Source of the DNA: Eledone cirrhosa
Lineage: Eukaryota
DNA: 64,000 bases
Direction: 5' to 3'
NCBI GenBank assembly: GCA_964016885.1
Contig: OZ024742.1
Coordinates: 161,510,001-161,574,000, forward strand
Shown: positions 40,279 through 52,943 of the stretch, piece after piece
Layout of the letters: each line of letters begins with the position of its first letter
Numbering within the stretch: the stretch's first letter is position 1
Notes under the pieces: generated by a model
Told to the model about the DNA's origin: nothing
What the model saw: only the letters and a program-made list of their open reading frames with translations
Databases searched by the model: none
Translations under genes and position numbers: made by a program

Positions 40279-42609
40279 ATACAACACCTACACCGCACGC
40301 TACAACATCACATACGGACTATTTCCAGCCTTGTACCACAACTCGCTGAAACCCCAGAACCTCTGTCCAGAGTCATCTCCGCCACTATAGACAGGTCATA
40401 CCACCACCGCCGAGACCACGAGAAAATAGGTCTAACGCAAAAATTTCTCAAACTCAGGACGGCCAACTGTCTTAACAATATCCCAACTCTAAACACCAAC
40501 AGAGGCGAACAAGACGTTACCAACACCGAACCTAGCGGCGCCCCGACCAACAACACACCTGACGCAAAACACCTCGTCACAGACTTGACAGGATCCCTCT
40601 CCCGAGAGGAATTAGACCTCCTCAGCCTGGGTCCCAAGTTCATATTGAAACAGAGACTGGACGACAAACTATGGCTCGACATAGAAACGAATTTCTGTCG
40701 GGCTGCCAACCAACTAAAATGGATATCGACTCTCGACAACAACACCACGGAATCCATCAAACCCAGATTCCCGATATACCAACTAGATCGCCCACTCTGT
40801 CCATCGCCTGCCAACCGCGAGCTTGAAGAAAAACTCTCGAGACTAAAACATTCCGTATTTAACATCTTACGGAAACAGAAGAAGATGGCCCCAAACCTCT
40901 CCAGGACACAACAACTCGCCCTGAAGAACCTACGGAATAGGGAACTTATATACTTACCATCCGACAAAGGTAAAGAGTTTTGCGTCATCTCTCAAGCCAC
41001 ATACAATAACCTAGCCTTCGAACACCTAAGCGACAGTGAATTATACACAGTGATCCCGGACATGACTGCAGCCCAGATCGAAAAACAGACCAACTCCATT
41101 TGGTTCGATATCTGTAGGAGAAGACAACTCCCAAATAAAGTTAAGCTCAACTACACCACTAGAAATAGCAGACTGCCCACTTTCTACCACCTCATCAAGA
41201 CCCACAAGAATAGTACTAAGACGCAAATAAGACCCATCGTCTCTAGCATAGAAGGACCCCTATACAAAATTTCCTGGCTCCTCTCTCAGGTCCTCAAGCC
41301 TCTACTCTCCACCTTTCCAGGGCATGTCAGTAGCTCCGACGAAGTTATACGTAGACTACACCAACTCCAGCCAGAACAACTTAAACTAAATAAATACGCT
41401 TTTAGCCTCGACGTTGTCTCCCTCTACACTACAGTCCCCGCTCATCCAGCTGTCGATTTATTGACGGACTGCATGGTCGCAGAGGACATCCACTGCTACG
41501 GCCTCCACCCGACGGACATACACCAGCTTTTGTCCTTCACAGTAGACAACACGTACTTCACCTTCCACCACCACACATACAGACAGACAACAGGATTACC
41601 CATGGGATCCAGCCTATCGGGCCTGCTGGCCATCACCTACATGAACCAGCTAGAATGCCGAGCCCTCAACACCTGCCATTCCCATGCCTTCTTCACCCGA
41701 TATGTAGATGACATACTCATCCTTACATCATCCCGTGAGGAGGCAGATAAAATATACACAACATTCTCCAGCATGGACGCCAGTATAAAGTTCAGCATGG
41801 AATACCCCGATGATCGCGGATCCCTATCCCTACTGGACTTCCAACTCAGGGTAACAGAGGAAGGCAACATCCACACCTGCTTCTATAAAAAATCCGCCAG
41901 CAGGGACCTGTTCGTACATTTCAGATCGGCCCTCCCACTCGGTGCCAAGTTCGGATACATAAGGAACGAACTGGCACGTATCCGGAACAGATGCACCGAC
42001 GCTAGAGACCGAGACACACACACCACACATTTCCTGGAAGTACTCAAACTGAACGGATACACGACATCCACCACAAACCGTGCCAGAAAGAACAGAGGAC
42101 ACCACACCCGAGGCACTAACACTTGCTTCCTGAAGCTCCCACACTTCAGTGAAGAAACAACGACAGCCATCCGCAGAGCCATCAGACGAGAGGGACTGGA
42201 TATCCAACTGGCCCACTCGGGTCCTTCTCTGCGCGGACGGCTAGCCAAGAGACACTCCACCAGACATGACAACTGCTGCAGACTAGCCAACTGCCCCATC
42301 AACGACACAGACCTATGCCACCAGGCTTACGTCGTATACAGACTAGAGTGTGACAAATGCAACAACTTCTACGTAGGTAGCACCACCAGACCACTCCACA
42401 TAAGAATAAAAGAACACCTCAATACTAACGCTTCCTCATTTAAGAAACACCTAGTTAAATGCAAAAACACCGACAAAACCATAACAGTTAGGATAGAAAC
42501 TAAGGAAAGAAACCTCGGCAATCTTAGAATTAAGGAAGCACTAATTATAGATAAAACACAACCACCAATCAATAATAGACTAAAACTCAACACCCAATTT
42601 ATAACCTGA
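40279..42609 (+). CDS. Penelope-like reverse transcriptase + GIY-YIG endonuclease (5'-truncated; frame open from the inversion junction, ORF track 40585-42609)
   Basis: Motifs: LLSLGPKF, PSDKG, RPIVS, SLDVVSLYT, GLPMGSSLS, RYVDD, Cys-rich linker CCRLANCP..C, VVYRLECDKC..YVGSTTR, HL..HL. No stop codons between 40279 and 42606. Confidence 0.93.
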   Translation: MQHLHRTLQHHIRTISSLVPQLAETPEPLSRVISATIDRSYHHRRDHEKIGLTQKFLKLRTANCLNNIPTLNTNRGEQDVTNTEPSGAPTNNTPDAKHLVTDLTGSLSREELDLLSLGPKFILKQRLDDKLWLDIETNFCRAANQLKWISTLDNNTTESIKPRFPIYQLDRPLCPSPANRELEEKLSRLKHSVFNILRKQKKMAPNLSRTQQLALKNLRNRELIYLPSDKGKEFCVISQATYNNLAFEHLSDSELYTVIPDMTAAQIEKQTNSIWFDICRRRQLPNKVKLNYTTRNSRLPTFYHLIKTHKNSTKTQIRPIVSSIEGPLYKISWLLSQVLKPLLSTFPGHVSSSDEVIRRLHQLQPEQLKLNKYAFSLDVVSLYTTVPAHPAVDLLTDCMVAEDIHCYGLHPTDIHQLLSFTVDNTYFTFHHHTYRQTTGLPMGSSLSGLLAITYMNQLECRALNTCHSHAFFTRYVDDILILTSSREEADKIYTTFSSMDASIKFSMEYPDDRGSLSLLDFQLRVTEEGNIHTCFYKKSASRDLFVHFRSALPLGAKFGYIRNELARIRNRCTDARDRDTHTTHFLEVLKLNGYTTSTTNRARKNRGHHTRGTNTCFLKLPHFSEETTTAIRRAIRREGLDIQLAHSGPSLRGRLAKRHSTRHDNCCRLANCPINDTDLCHQAYVVYRLECDKCNNFYVGSTTRPLHIRIKEHLNTNASSFKKHLVKCKNTDKTITVRIETKERNLGNLRIKEALIIDKTQPPINNRLKLNTQFIT

Positions 42610-43009
42610 TAGGGCCTCTAGCCCCATATTTACACACCCCCACAGACACACACGCACGCGCACACACACGCTTACACCTCCACTTATTCTCTCTCACACA
42701 TACACACACAAAACCAGTTCTAACACCAGATAACACCTACCCCCCACATTTACGAATAGACTTATCTTCTCACACTCACACACACACACTCACATACTTA
42801 CACCTTCATGCATTCTCCCACACATTTATACAGGCATGTATATAAAATAAAAAAAAAAACCCCTAAACAAACCCCTTCTAAAGGGAAACTACTCTTTATC
42901 CACCTAATTTTAACTCTTTGATATTAGAGATAGAACAGATACTCTATACTATTTCCTGTCAGCATGGCTTGGCTAGATATTTAGAACGCTGGTTTGAGAC
43001 CTTTATTTC

Positions 43010-43044
43010 CCTCTGAAGAAGAGATATTATCTCGAAAATTAAGG
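43010..43044 (+). ncRNA. Ultra-minimal hammerhead-like motif (3' pLTR of PLE 2)
   Basis: CCU-CUGAAGA-A-GAGAU(AUU)AUCUC-GAA-AAUU-A-AGG. Stem III is the palindrome AAUU, stem I is only 3 bp, and AATAAA lies just downstream. Confidence 0.6.
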
Positions 43045-43203
43045 ACATTTAAATAAATTTAAGGTAAAGGACGAATTGTCAACAATATCTTTTACAATTG
43101 CATTCTTTTTTCTATGTCCATACCTGCATTGTTTTGGCTTTATTACACATATTCAAACGTTTATACCTCATTACACAATGCTTCAAGTGAACTATAATCT
43201 CCT

Positions 43204-43625
<422 letters not shown>

Positions 43626-43676
43626 TAAAATAAAGTTAAATAAAAGTCAAATGATTAAAATTTAGCTTCGTTTATT

Positions 43677-43731
43677 ACTGCTATATATATTTCAGTGACA
43701 GCCATCTTTGGCTGTGACCTCTTCAGGCAGT
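43677..43731 (-). ncRNA. Minimal type I hammerhead ribozyme (left arm)
   Basis: Mirror of 43964-44018. Confidence 0.88.
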
Positions 43732-43963
43732 TTGAATTAGTATGGTATAGACAAGTACATATGTTGTTTAGGTGTATGATATTGTCAATACTCTGATATG
43801 CCCAGTTCCTTGCTGGGTTGTTAATTCACTGGGGAACTGGAGTCATATATGACTCCAGTTCCCCAGTGAATTAACAACCCAGCAAGGAACTGGGCATATC
43901 AGAGTATTGACAATATCATACACCTAAACAACATATGTACTTGTCTATACCATACTAATTCAA

Positions 43964-44018
43964 ACTGCCTGAAGAGGTCACAGCCAAAGATGGCTGTCAC
44001 TGAAATATATATAGCAGT
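43964..44018 (+). ncRNA. Minimal type I hammerhead ribozyme (right arm)
   Basis: ACUGC-CUGAAGA-GGUCACAGCCA(AAGA)UGGCUGUCACU-GAAA-UAUAUA-UA-GCAGU. Confidence 0.88.
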
Positions 44019-44168
44019 AATAAACGAAGCTAAATTTTAATCATTTGACTTTTATTTAACTTTATTTTACACTACTCTGGAGTAACCAAACCAACCTGCG
44101 CACTTCGTCGAGTGCTCCAGCCTGCATACTGAGGTGTTGGTATACAACCAACATAAACTCAAAATCTA

Positions 44169-45057
<889 letters not shown>

Positions 45058-45059
45058 GT

Positions 45060-45278
45060 GAAGGCGTGTGGCTGTGTGGTTAGAGAATTGGATTCGCAAT
45101 CGTAAGGTTGTGAGTTCGATTCCTGGACCAGGTGATGCGTTATGTCCTTGAGCAAGACACTTTATTTCACGTTGCTCCTTCTACCTGGAGTTGCGACCGA
45201 TAGATAGTATTAGCAATTGGAAAGACCAACGGAAACATTGTTCCCTCGGTCCGATTTGACGAAAGTCGATCGTTCCTT
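45060..45278 (+). mobile_element. tRNA-derived SINE with CORE-like domain
   Basis: A box TGGCTGTGTGG (~45069) and B box GAGTTCGATTCC (~45112), followed by TGTCCTTGAGCAAGACACTT, which resembles the CORE-SINE motif. Flanks are (TA)n. Confidence 0.75.
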
Positions 45279-45307
45279 ATATATATTATATGTATATTAT
45301 ATGTATA

Positions 45308-45343
<36 letters not shown>

Positions 45344-45512
45344 GGGTATGACATTAAACTACATCCAGTGGCAAGGCTCCAGTTCGGGAGTTCAGGAGAT
45401 GTGGGGAATGTGGAGTTACCCCCTAGTTGTCATGACTCCCAGGTCTGGCCTGGCCCGGGGTGGTAGTACCTGTTAGGGCTCCATTTATGGGTTAAATAAC
45501 TACCTTATTCGA

Positions 45513-47693
45513 GTGGCGCCGGTAAGGTATTGTCAGCCATTGAAAAGAAATATGGAGAGTCGATCTAACAGCACTAGGGTTAGAGCCCCTAATTACACTG
45601 TCAAGGAGCAGCCTGGTCGTTATGACTCTGCTGGCTTAGAGCCACAGAGAGGGCCAGTGGATGATAGATCAGCTGTCTCTGAGACAAATATAAAGAATGC
45701 AGTTTTGTCCTGCAGAAGAGCCATCAAAATGGGCACTTTGAATGTGAGGACTATTCGAACGCTGGAGAAGAGAGAGGAGTTGGGACATCTGTTCGAGGAG
45801 AGTGGTATACAGATACTTGCGATCCAAGAACACAGGATTCTACACGATGAGCCCGTGAGGAGTGTGATGATCGGGAGGAAGAGCCAGCTCATCACTACAT
45901 CGGCAGTGAAGAACACAACAAATGCTGCAGTAGGAGGAGTGGGTTTTGTGTTCAGTGCAAAAACCAATCTGTTGGTGAGGGAAATAATGCCTATCTCCCC
46001 GCGAGTGTTGAGGGTGACCTTCAATGGAAACCCAAGACTGACAGTCATCTCAGCCTATAGTCCAACCGAGGGGGACAGTGATGTGAATGCGGAGGAGTTC
46101 CATGAGGAGGTGTGTAGAGCTGTCAACACCACCCAGGCACACAATATCCTGCTTGTTTTGGGGGACTTCAATGCACATCTGAGTAAGGAGGGCAGAGAAG
46201 ATCCTTGCTGGTACTTCCATAACAACACCAACCGAAATGGAAGACTACTGAGAGACACCCTGCTGGAGGCGAACTTGATGGCGACCAACCTAAGGTTTAG
46301 GAAGAATCTGGGGAAGATGTGGACCTACATCTCAGATGTGCACCTGTCCAAGTCCCAGATTGATTTCATTCTGGTGAGGAAAAAGTGGCGGAATAGTGTT
46401 CTGAACACGGAACCATACAGCTATTTCAGTACACTGGGTAGTGACCACCGGCTTGTTATGAGTGAGGTCCGCGTGAGCTTAAGAAAGAGCAAGGCTCAGC
46501 CCCGGAGAACAATCTATGACTGGGGAGCTTTCAAGGAAGATGATAAGCTACAGGAGAGGTTCACAGTGGAAGTGAGAAACAGGTTTAGTGCTCTGTGTGG
46601 AGAGTCAGAGGAGAGAGAGATTGGATGGACTGAGGAGAGTGTGACGAGGAGGTACGGGCACTTCACCAATGCAGTGGCGAAAGCAAGTGAAACGCTGGTG
46701 CCGAGGAAAAAGAACAAAGGGAAGCACGTCAGCTCTGCAAACCCAAAAGTGTGTGCAGCCAGAGAACACCTGAAAGCTGCCAGGGACCAATTCTATGCTG
46801 ATCCTACGGAGGAGAGGATGGAGACTGTGGAGGTGATGAGGGAAGAGCTCTGTACCGCTTACACTGAGGTCAGAGAGGAGGCACTGATAGAGAAGATCAG
46901 AAGTGTGGAGAGAGCGGTTGACAGATCTGGATGTAAGGAGAGCTGGATGATCATCAACGAGATCACAGGGAGGAAGAAAAGGTGTTCGAGTCAGGTCCAG
47001 GGAACGGGGCCCGAGGATAGGAAGAGAAAATGGCTAGACCATTTTAGGACCCTACTAGGAGAGCCACCCTCCACAGCCCAGAGCACTGGGGAGATCAGGC
47101 GGCTGTTTGAGGAACTGGATGTTGAGACAGAACCCTTCACCAGAGAGGAGCTTCAGAGAGCCAAGAAGAAGATCAAGGAGGGCAAGGCTCATGGAGAGGA
47201 TGGAGTGGCATCAGAGGTGATGAAGAGGTGTGATTTTGATGATATCATCCTGGGGTTCTGTAACGGGGCACTGGAGAAAGGAGTTGCCCCGAATCAGTGG
47301 AGGATCAGTAACATCGTCCCAGTGCCAAAGAAGGGAGATCTCTCTAACACCAACAACTACCGGGGGATCTCACTGACGTCACTTGTGGCAAAGACCCTCA
47401 ACAGGATGATTCTTAACAGGATCCAGCCTGAGATGGAGAAGAAGCTCAGGGACAACCAGAACGGCTTCAGAGAGGGTAGATCAACCACCAGTCACATCCT
47501 GATGCTGAGGAGGATATTAGAGGGAGCTAGAGCAAAGTGCTTTCCTGCATATAATATATATATATTATATATATATATATTATATATATATATTATATAT
47601 ATATATATTATATATATATATAATATATATATATATATATAAATTATATATATATATTATATATATATATATATTATATATATATAATATATA

Positions 47694-47775
<82 letters not shown>

Positions 47776-47781
47776 ATATAT

Positions 47782-47857
<76 letters not shown>

Positions 47858-47884
47858 ATATATATTATATTATATATATATATT

Positions 47885-47977
<93 letters not shown>

Positions 47978-47980
47978 AAT

Positions 47981-48056
<76 letters not shown>

Positions 48057-48156
48057 AATTATATATATATATTATATATATATATATAAATTATATATAT
48101 ATATTATATATATATATTATATATATATATTATATATATATTATATATATTATATA

Positions 48157-48187
<31 letters not shown>

Positions 48188-48224
48188 AATTATATATATA
48201 TATTATATATATATATTATATATA

Positions 48225-48279
<55 letters not shown>

Positions 48280-48283
48280 ATAT

Positions 48284-48316
<33 letters not shown>

Positions 48317-49300
48317 ATATATATATATATATCACTGCTCTACACCAACACCAAAGCCCAAGTCATTACACCTGATGGGATGACAGAGTTCTTTGAGATA
48401 TTGGCTGGAGTGCTCCAGGGAGATACATTGGCTCCCTACCTTTTTATCATCGTAGTGGACTATTGTATGCGCCTTGCACTGAGAAACACCAGGACTCTGG
48501 CTTTACTGTAGCACCGGCTCAGAGCAGGAGAGTTGGGGCGAAAAAGGTATCGGATGCTGAATTTGCCGACGACATAGTTTTGGTGACAAATAAAGTGAAG
48601 GAGGCAGAGGATTTGATGCGGGAGTTGAGACTGTGTCGATGAGTGTGGGGCTGAGAATGAATGAGACTAAAACAAAATATCTGGTAGAGAATGTTGAGAA
48701 GCCAGAGGGGATCACTAATGTAGGCGGGAAGCCGCTGGAATTGGTTGAGGGACTTCCTGTATTTGGGAGCAAAGATTGGGAATACGGAAGATGATGTGGT
48801 TGAGAGGAAGAGCAAGGCCTGGGCGGCGTGTCACAGCTTGAGATCGGTGTGGAAGTCGGACCTTCGTAGAGACCTGAAAATCCGCCTCTTCATTGCTGTA
48901 GTGGAGTCTGTGATGCTGTATGGTCTGAGACTTGGACACTGACCAAGAGACTCACTCAGGTGGTGGATGGGTTGCTACACGAGAATGCTGAGGATGGCTC
49001 TGAACATTAATCAGTATACACTGAGGATGAAAAAACTCAGAGCTGTATGGGAGCATCCCAAAAGTCAGCTCAAAAGTGACACAGAGAAGACTGAGGTTGG
49101 CTGGACATGCTCACCGACATCCAGAGTTGACATTGCACTCAGTGCTCCTTTGGGAGCCCCTACATGGACACACTAGAAGAGGAAGACCAAGGTTAACATA
49201 TGTTGATGCCCTAAGGGACAGACACTGGTCTGTTGGAGATGCAGGATATGGCAGCGATAATGAGGGACAGAGACCGCTGGAGAGAACTCGTCCATGGATC
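45513..49300 (+). pseudogene. APE-RT ORF of the RTE-type LINE: open 45513-47548, interrupted, frameshifted 48332-49300
   Basis: The 709-aa ORF in the track runs into the TA tract. RT resumes at 48332 (SLLYTNTKAQVITPDG) with several frameshifts. Confidence 0.88.
47549..48331. repeat. Degenerate (TA)n tract inside the RT domain
   Basis: Direct reading. Confidence 0.95.
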
Positions 49301-49333
49301 TCGGGAATTTTACCCGCCTTAGATAGATATATA

Positions 49334-49405
<72 letters not shown>

Positions 49406-49415
49406 TATATATAAT

Positions 49416-49553
49416 ATAACGAAGGAAATGTGATAAGAACCAGGTGGACCATAACGCACCAAAGTACTCAATACTTAGTGTAGTAGAGTGGGTAATAGGA
49501 ACCAGTAAGACCCCGACGGCTGAGCTCAAGCCGTTTTGGGGGTCTTACTGGTT

Positions 49554-49558
<5 letters not shown>
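49416..49558 (-). mobile_element. Short non-coding foldback repeat, copy 2
   Basis: Reverse complement of ~34098-34218, with a shorter inverted arm (ATAGGAACCAGTAAGACCCC...GGGGTCTTACTGGTTCCTAT). Confidence 0.65.
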
Positions 49559-49600
<42 letters not shown>

Positions 49601-49627
49601 TATAGGTATATATATATATATTATATG

Positions 49628-50893
49628 TATTTATTAAAATAACAGATTAAAGTTTAAGCAAAGAATTCGCTGCTTTCACCCTTAACGGGATCTTCTGAAA
49701 CTAAATACTCTACGCCACAGACCACATCTTAAACAAAAAATGTGAGGCAATTTCGGCTTGTAACATAAATTGCACAAAACTTTCCTGTATTACAGCCCCA
49801 TGTTATAGCCTAACGGATAGCACGATCTATACGTGGATATTTACGTCTTGATGTGGGAGCTAAGTATATGTTTTGTTTATTCCTTTACTTATTTGCATAG
49901 GTAAGTATATATACCCGTATGTTTTGTGAAGGTATGTATACCTTCTCGTACGTATATTTGACTGTTTTTGGCGTATAATCTTTACATATTCTGGTATTTA
50001 GGGTTTGGCTATGTGTATACGGGAGTTTTGCGTCTGCGTGAGTAAGCAGGTTCGTACGTATGGTGGGTGTGTGTATATGTGTACTTCTTGTTTTAGTTGA
50101 CTTACGTCTCCGAACATTCGTGTATTTATTTGTAGGTATGTGTGTGCGCTTGTTATATACGTATTTATTTACTTATATACGTTTATATAATTATTTATTT
50201 ATTTGTACACAAGCATACACACGCATATTTATATGTGCGTGGTTTCGTATACCTATGGTAAGGTTTTGCGTATGCTTGTGTATGTATGTATCTGTTTGCG
50301 TGTATATATTTATTTATTTCTATTACTTCTGTATTGTATTTATTTACTTTGTTCTTAACTCTGTAGCGGAGATTAATTTGGTCTCCTAGTTAGAATTTTA
50401 GTCTACAACTTCTGCTATACCATTTACGTGGTTTTGTCTTTGCGTGCTATTGTTCTCCACGGTCCACATATGACTTATTATCTTCGTCTTTTCGTTCCTT
50501 GCCAGAGAACGTCTCTATGCACCACCTAAGAGAACATTAGTCTACGACCTCTTTTATACCATAAACGTGGTTCTGTCTTTGCGCATAATTGTTTTCACCG
50601 CTCCTATTAATGACGTATTATATTCGTTTTTTTCCCGTTCTTAGCCAGCGAAAGTCTCCACGAACCAAAGTGTCTTCCTCCGGTTGCAACGTTTTTTGAA
50701 ATATCCAGTTCTGCGTTTACAGATTGACTTTGTTAATTTCAGAAGATCCCGTTAAGGGTGAAAGCAGCGATTCTTTGCTTAAATTTTAATCTGTTATTTT
50801 AATAAATATTTGCTCTACGGTTCTTATATATTTGATATATATTTTCCTTATCGAGCCCTCTTTGGATTTAGTCTTCAATTTTATTATTACTAT
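49628..50893 (+). mobile_element. Non-coding element with ~77-bp inverted arms and 3' tail (probable non-autonomous PLE derivative)
   Basis: 49628-49704 is the reverse complement of 50733-50808. There is a diverged internal tandem duplication (~50398-50523 / 50537-50668). The arm holds a hammerhead-like variant and AATAAA, and the flanks are (TA)n. Confidence 0.6.
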
Positions 50894-50894
50894 A

Positions 50895-50950
<56 letters not shown>

Positions 50951-51189
50951 TATATATATATATTATATAAATATATATATTATATTTATATATATATATA
51001 TATTATATGTTATATATATATATTATATATATATATTATTATATTATATATATATATTATATATATATATTATATATATATTATATATATATTATATATA
51101 TATATATATTATATATATACATTATATATATATTATATATATATATATTTATATATATTATATATATTATATATATATATTATATATAT

Positions 51190-51250
<61 letters not shown>

Positions 51251-51852
51251 ATATATATATATATAATATATATATATTATTATATATATATTATATATAT
51301 ATTATATATATATATTATATATATATTATATATATATATATATTATATATATATATTATATATATATTATATATATATATTATATATATATATTATATAT
51401 ATATATTATATATATATATTATATATTTATATTATATATATACATTATATATTTATATTATATATATATATAATATATATATATTATATATATTATATAT
51501 ATTATATATATATAATATATATATATTATATATATTATATATATTATATATATATAATATATATATATATATATTATATTATATATATTATATATATATA
51601 TTATATATATTATATATATATATTATATATATATTATATATATATATTATATATATATTATATATATATATATTATATATATATTACATATATATATATG
51701 TATATATATATATATTATATATATATATATATTTATATTATTATATATATATATTATATGTATTATATATATATATTATATATATATTATATATATATTA
51801 TATATATATATTATATATTATATTATATATATATATATATTATATATATTAT

Positions 51853-51894
<42 letters not shown>

Positions 51895-52140
51895 ATATTA
51901 TATATATTATATATATATATTATCTATATATATATATTATAATATATATTATATATATATATATATTATATATATATATAATATATATATTATATATATT
52001 ATATATATATATTATATATTATATTATATATTATATTAAATATATATATATATCATTATATATTATTATATATATATATATATTATATATATATTATATA
52101 TATATATATATTATATATTTATATATTTATATATATATAT

Positions 52141-52174
<34 letters not shown>

Positions 52175-52296
52175 ATTATATATATATATATATTATATAT
52201 ATATATAATATATATATATATATATAATTATATATATATATTATATATATATATATATTATATATATATAATATATATATATATTATATATATATT

Positions 52297-52352
<56 letters not shown>

Positions 52353-52360
52353 ATATATAT

Positions 52361-52434
<74 letters not shown>

Positions 52435-52466
52435 ATATATATTATATTATATATATATATATATAT

Positions 52467-52498
<32 letters not shown>

Positions 52499-52536
52499 AT
52501 TATATATATATTTATATATATATATATATATATAAT

Positions 52537-52588
<52 letters not shown>

Positions 52589-52743
52589 ATATATATAATA
52601 TATATATAAATATATATATATAATTATATATATATTATAAATTATATATATATATTATATATATATATTATATATATATTATATATATATATATTATATA
52701 TATATATATTATATATATATATATATATTATATATAAAATTAT
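50894..52743. repeat. Long degenerate (TA)n microsatellite ending the contig
   Basis: Direct reading. Confidence 0.95.
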
Positions 52744-52943
52744 NNNNNNNNNNNNNNNNNNNNNNNNNNNNNNNNNNNNNNNNNNNNNNNNNNNNNNNNN
52801 NNNNNNNNNNNNNNNNNNNNNNNNNNNNNNNNNNNNNNNNNNNNNNNNNNNNNNNNNNNNNNNNNNNNNNNNNNNNNNNNNNNNNNNNNNNNNNNNNNNN
52901 NNNNNNNNNNNNNNNNNNNNNNNNNNNNNNNNNNNNNNNNNNN
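52744..52943. other. Assembly gap (200 N)
   Basis: Run of N; the round size suggests a scaffolding join of unknown true length. Confidence 1.

Larger units (their letters stand above)
43626..44168 (+). mobile_element. Non-coding foldback element: 444-bp spacer-less palindrome plus ~100-bp tail (PLE pLTR-like)
   Basis: 43626-43847 mirrors 43848-44069. Each arm has a hammerhead followed by AATAAA, and the flanks are (TA)n. Confidence 0.85.
45339..49329 (+). mobile_element. RTE-group (RTE/RTEX-like) non-LTR retrotransposon, near full length, interrupted by a (TA)n tract
   Basis: Short 5' leader and a single ORF with AP endonuclease (GTLNVRT, LAIQEH, SAYSPT, LGDFNAH, QIDFILV, SDH) and RT (NYRGISL, QNGFREGRST, GVLQGDTLAPYLF, EFADD). 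The C-terminus has LAGH..LLWEP..RGRP and the element ends in a short (AGAT)n tail. Confidence 0.9.

Noticed and set aside
45060-45135. tRNA gene
   Set aside because: A and B boxes are present but there is no convincing acceptor stem or cloverleaf. The sequence continues into a CORE-like SINE body.
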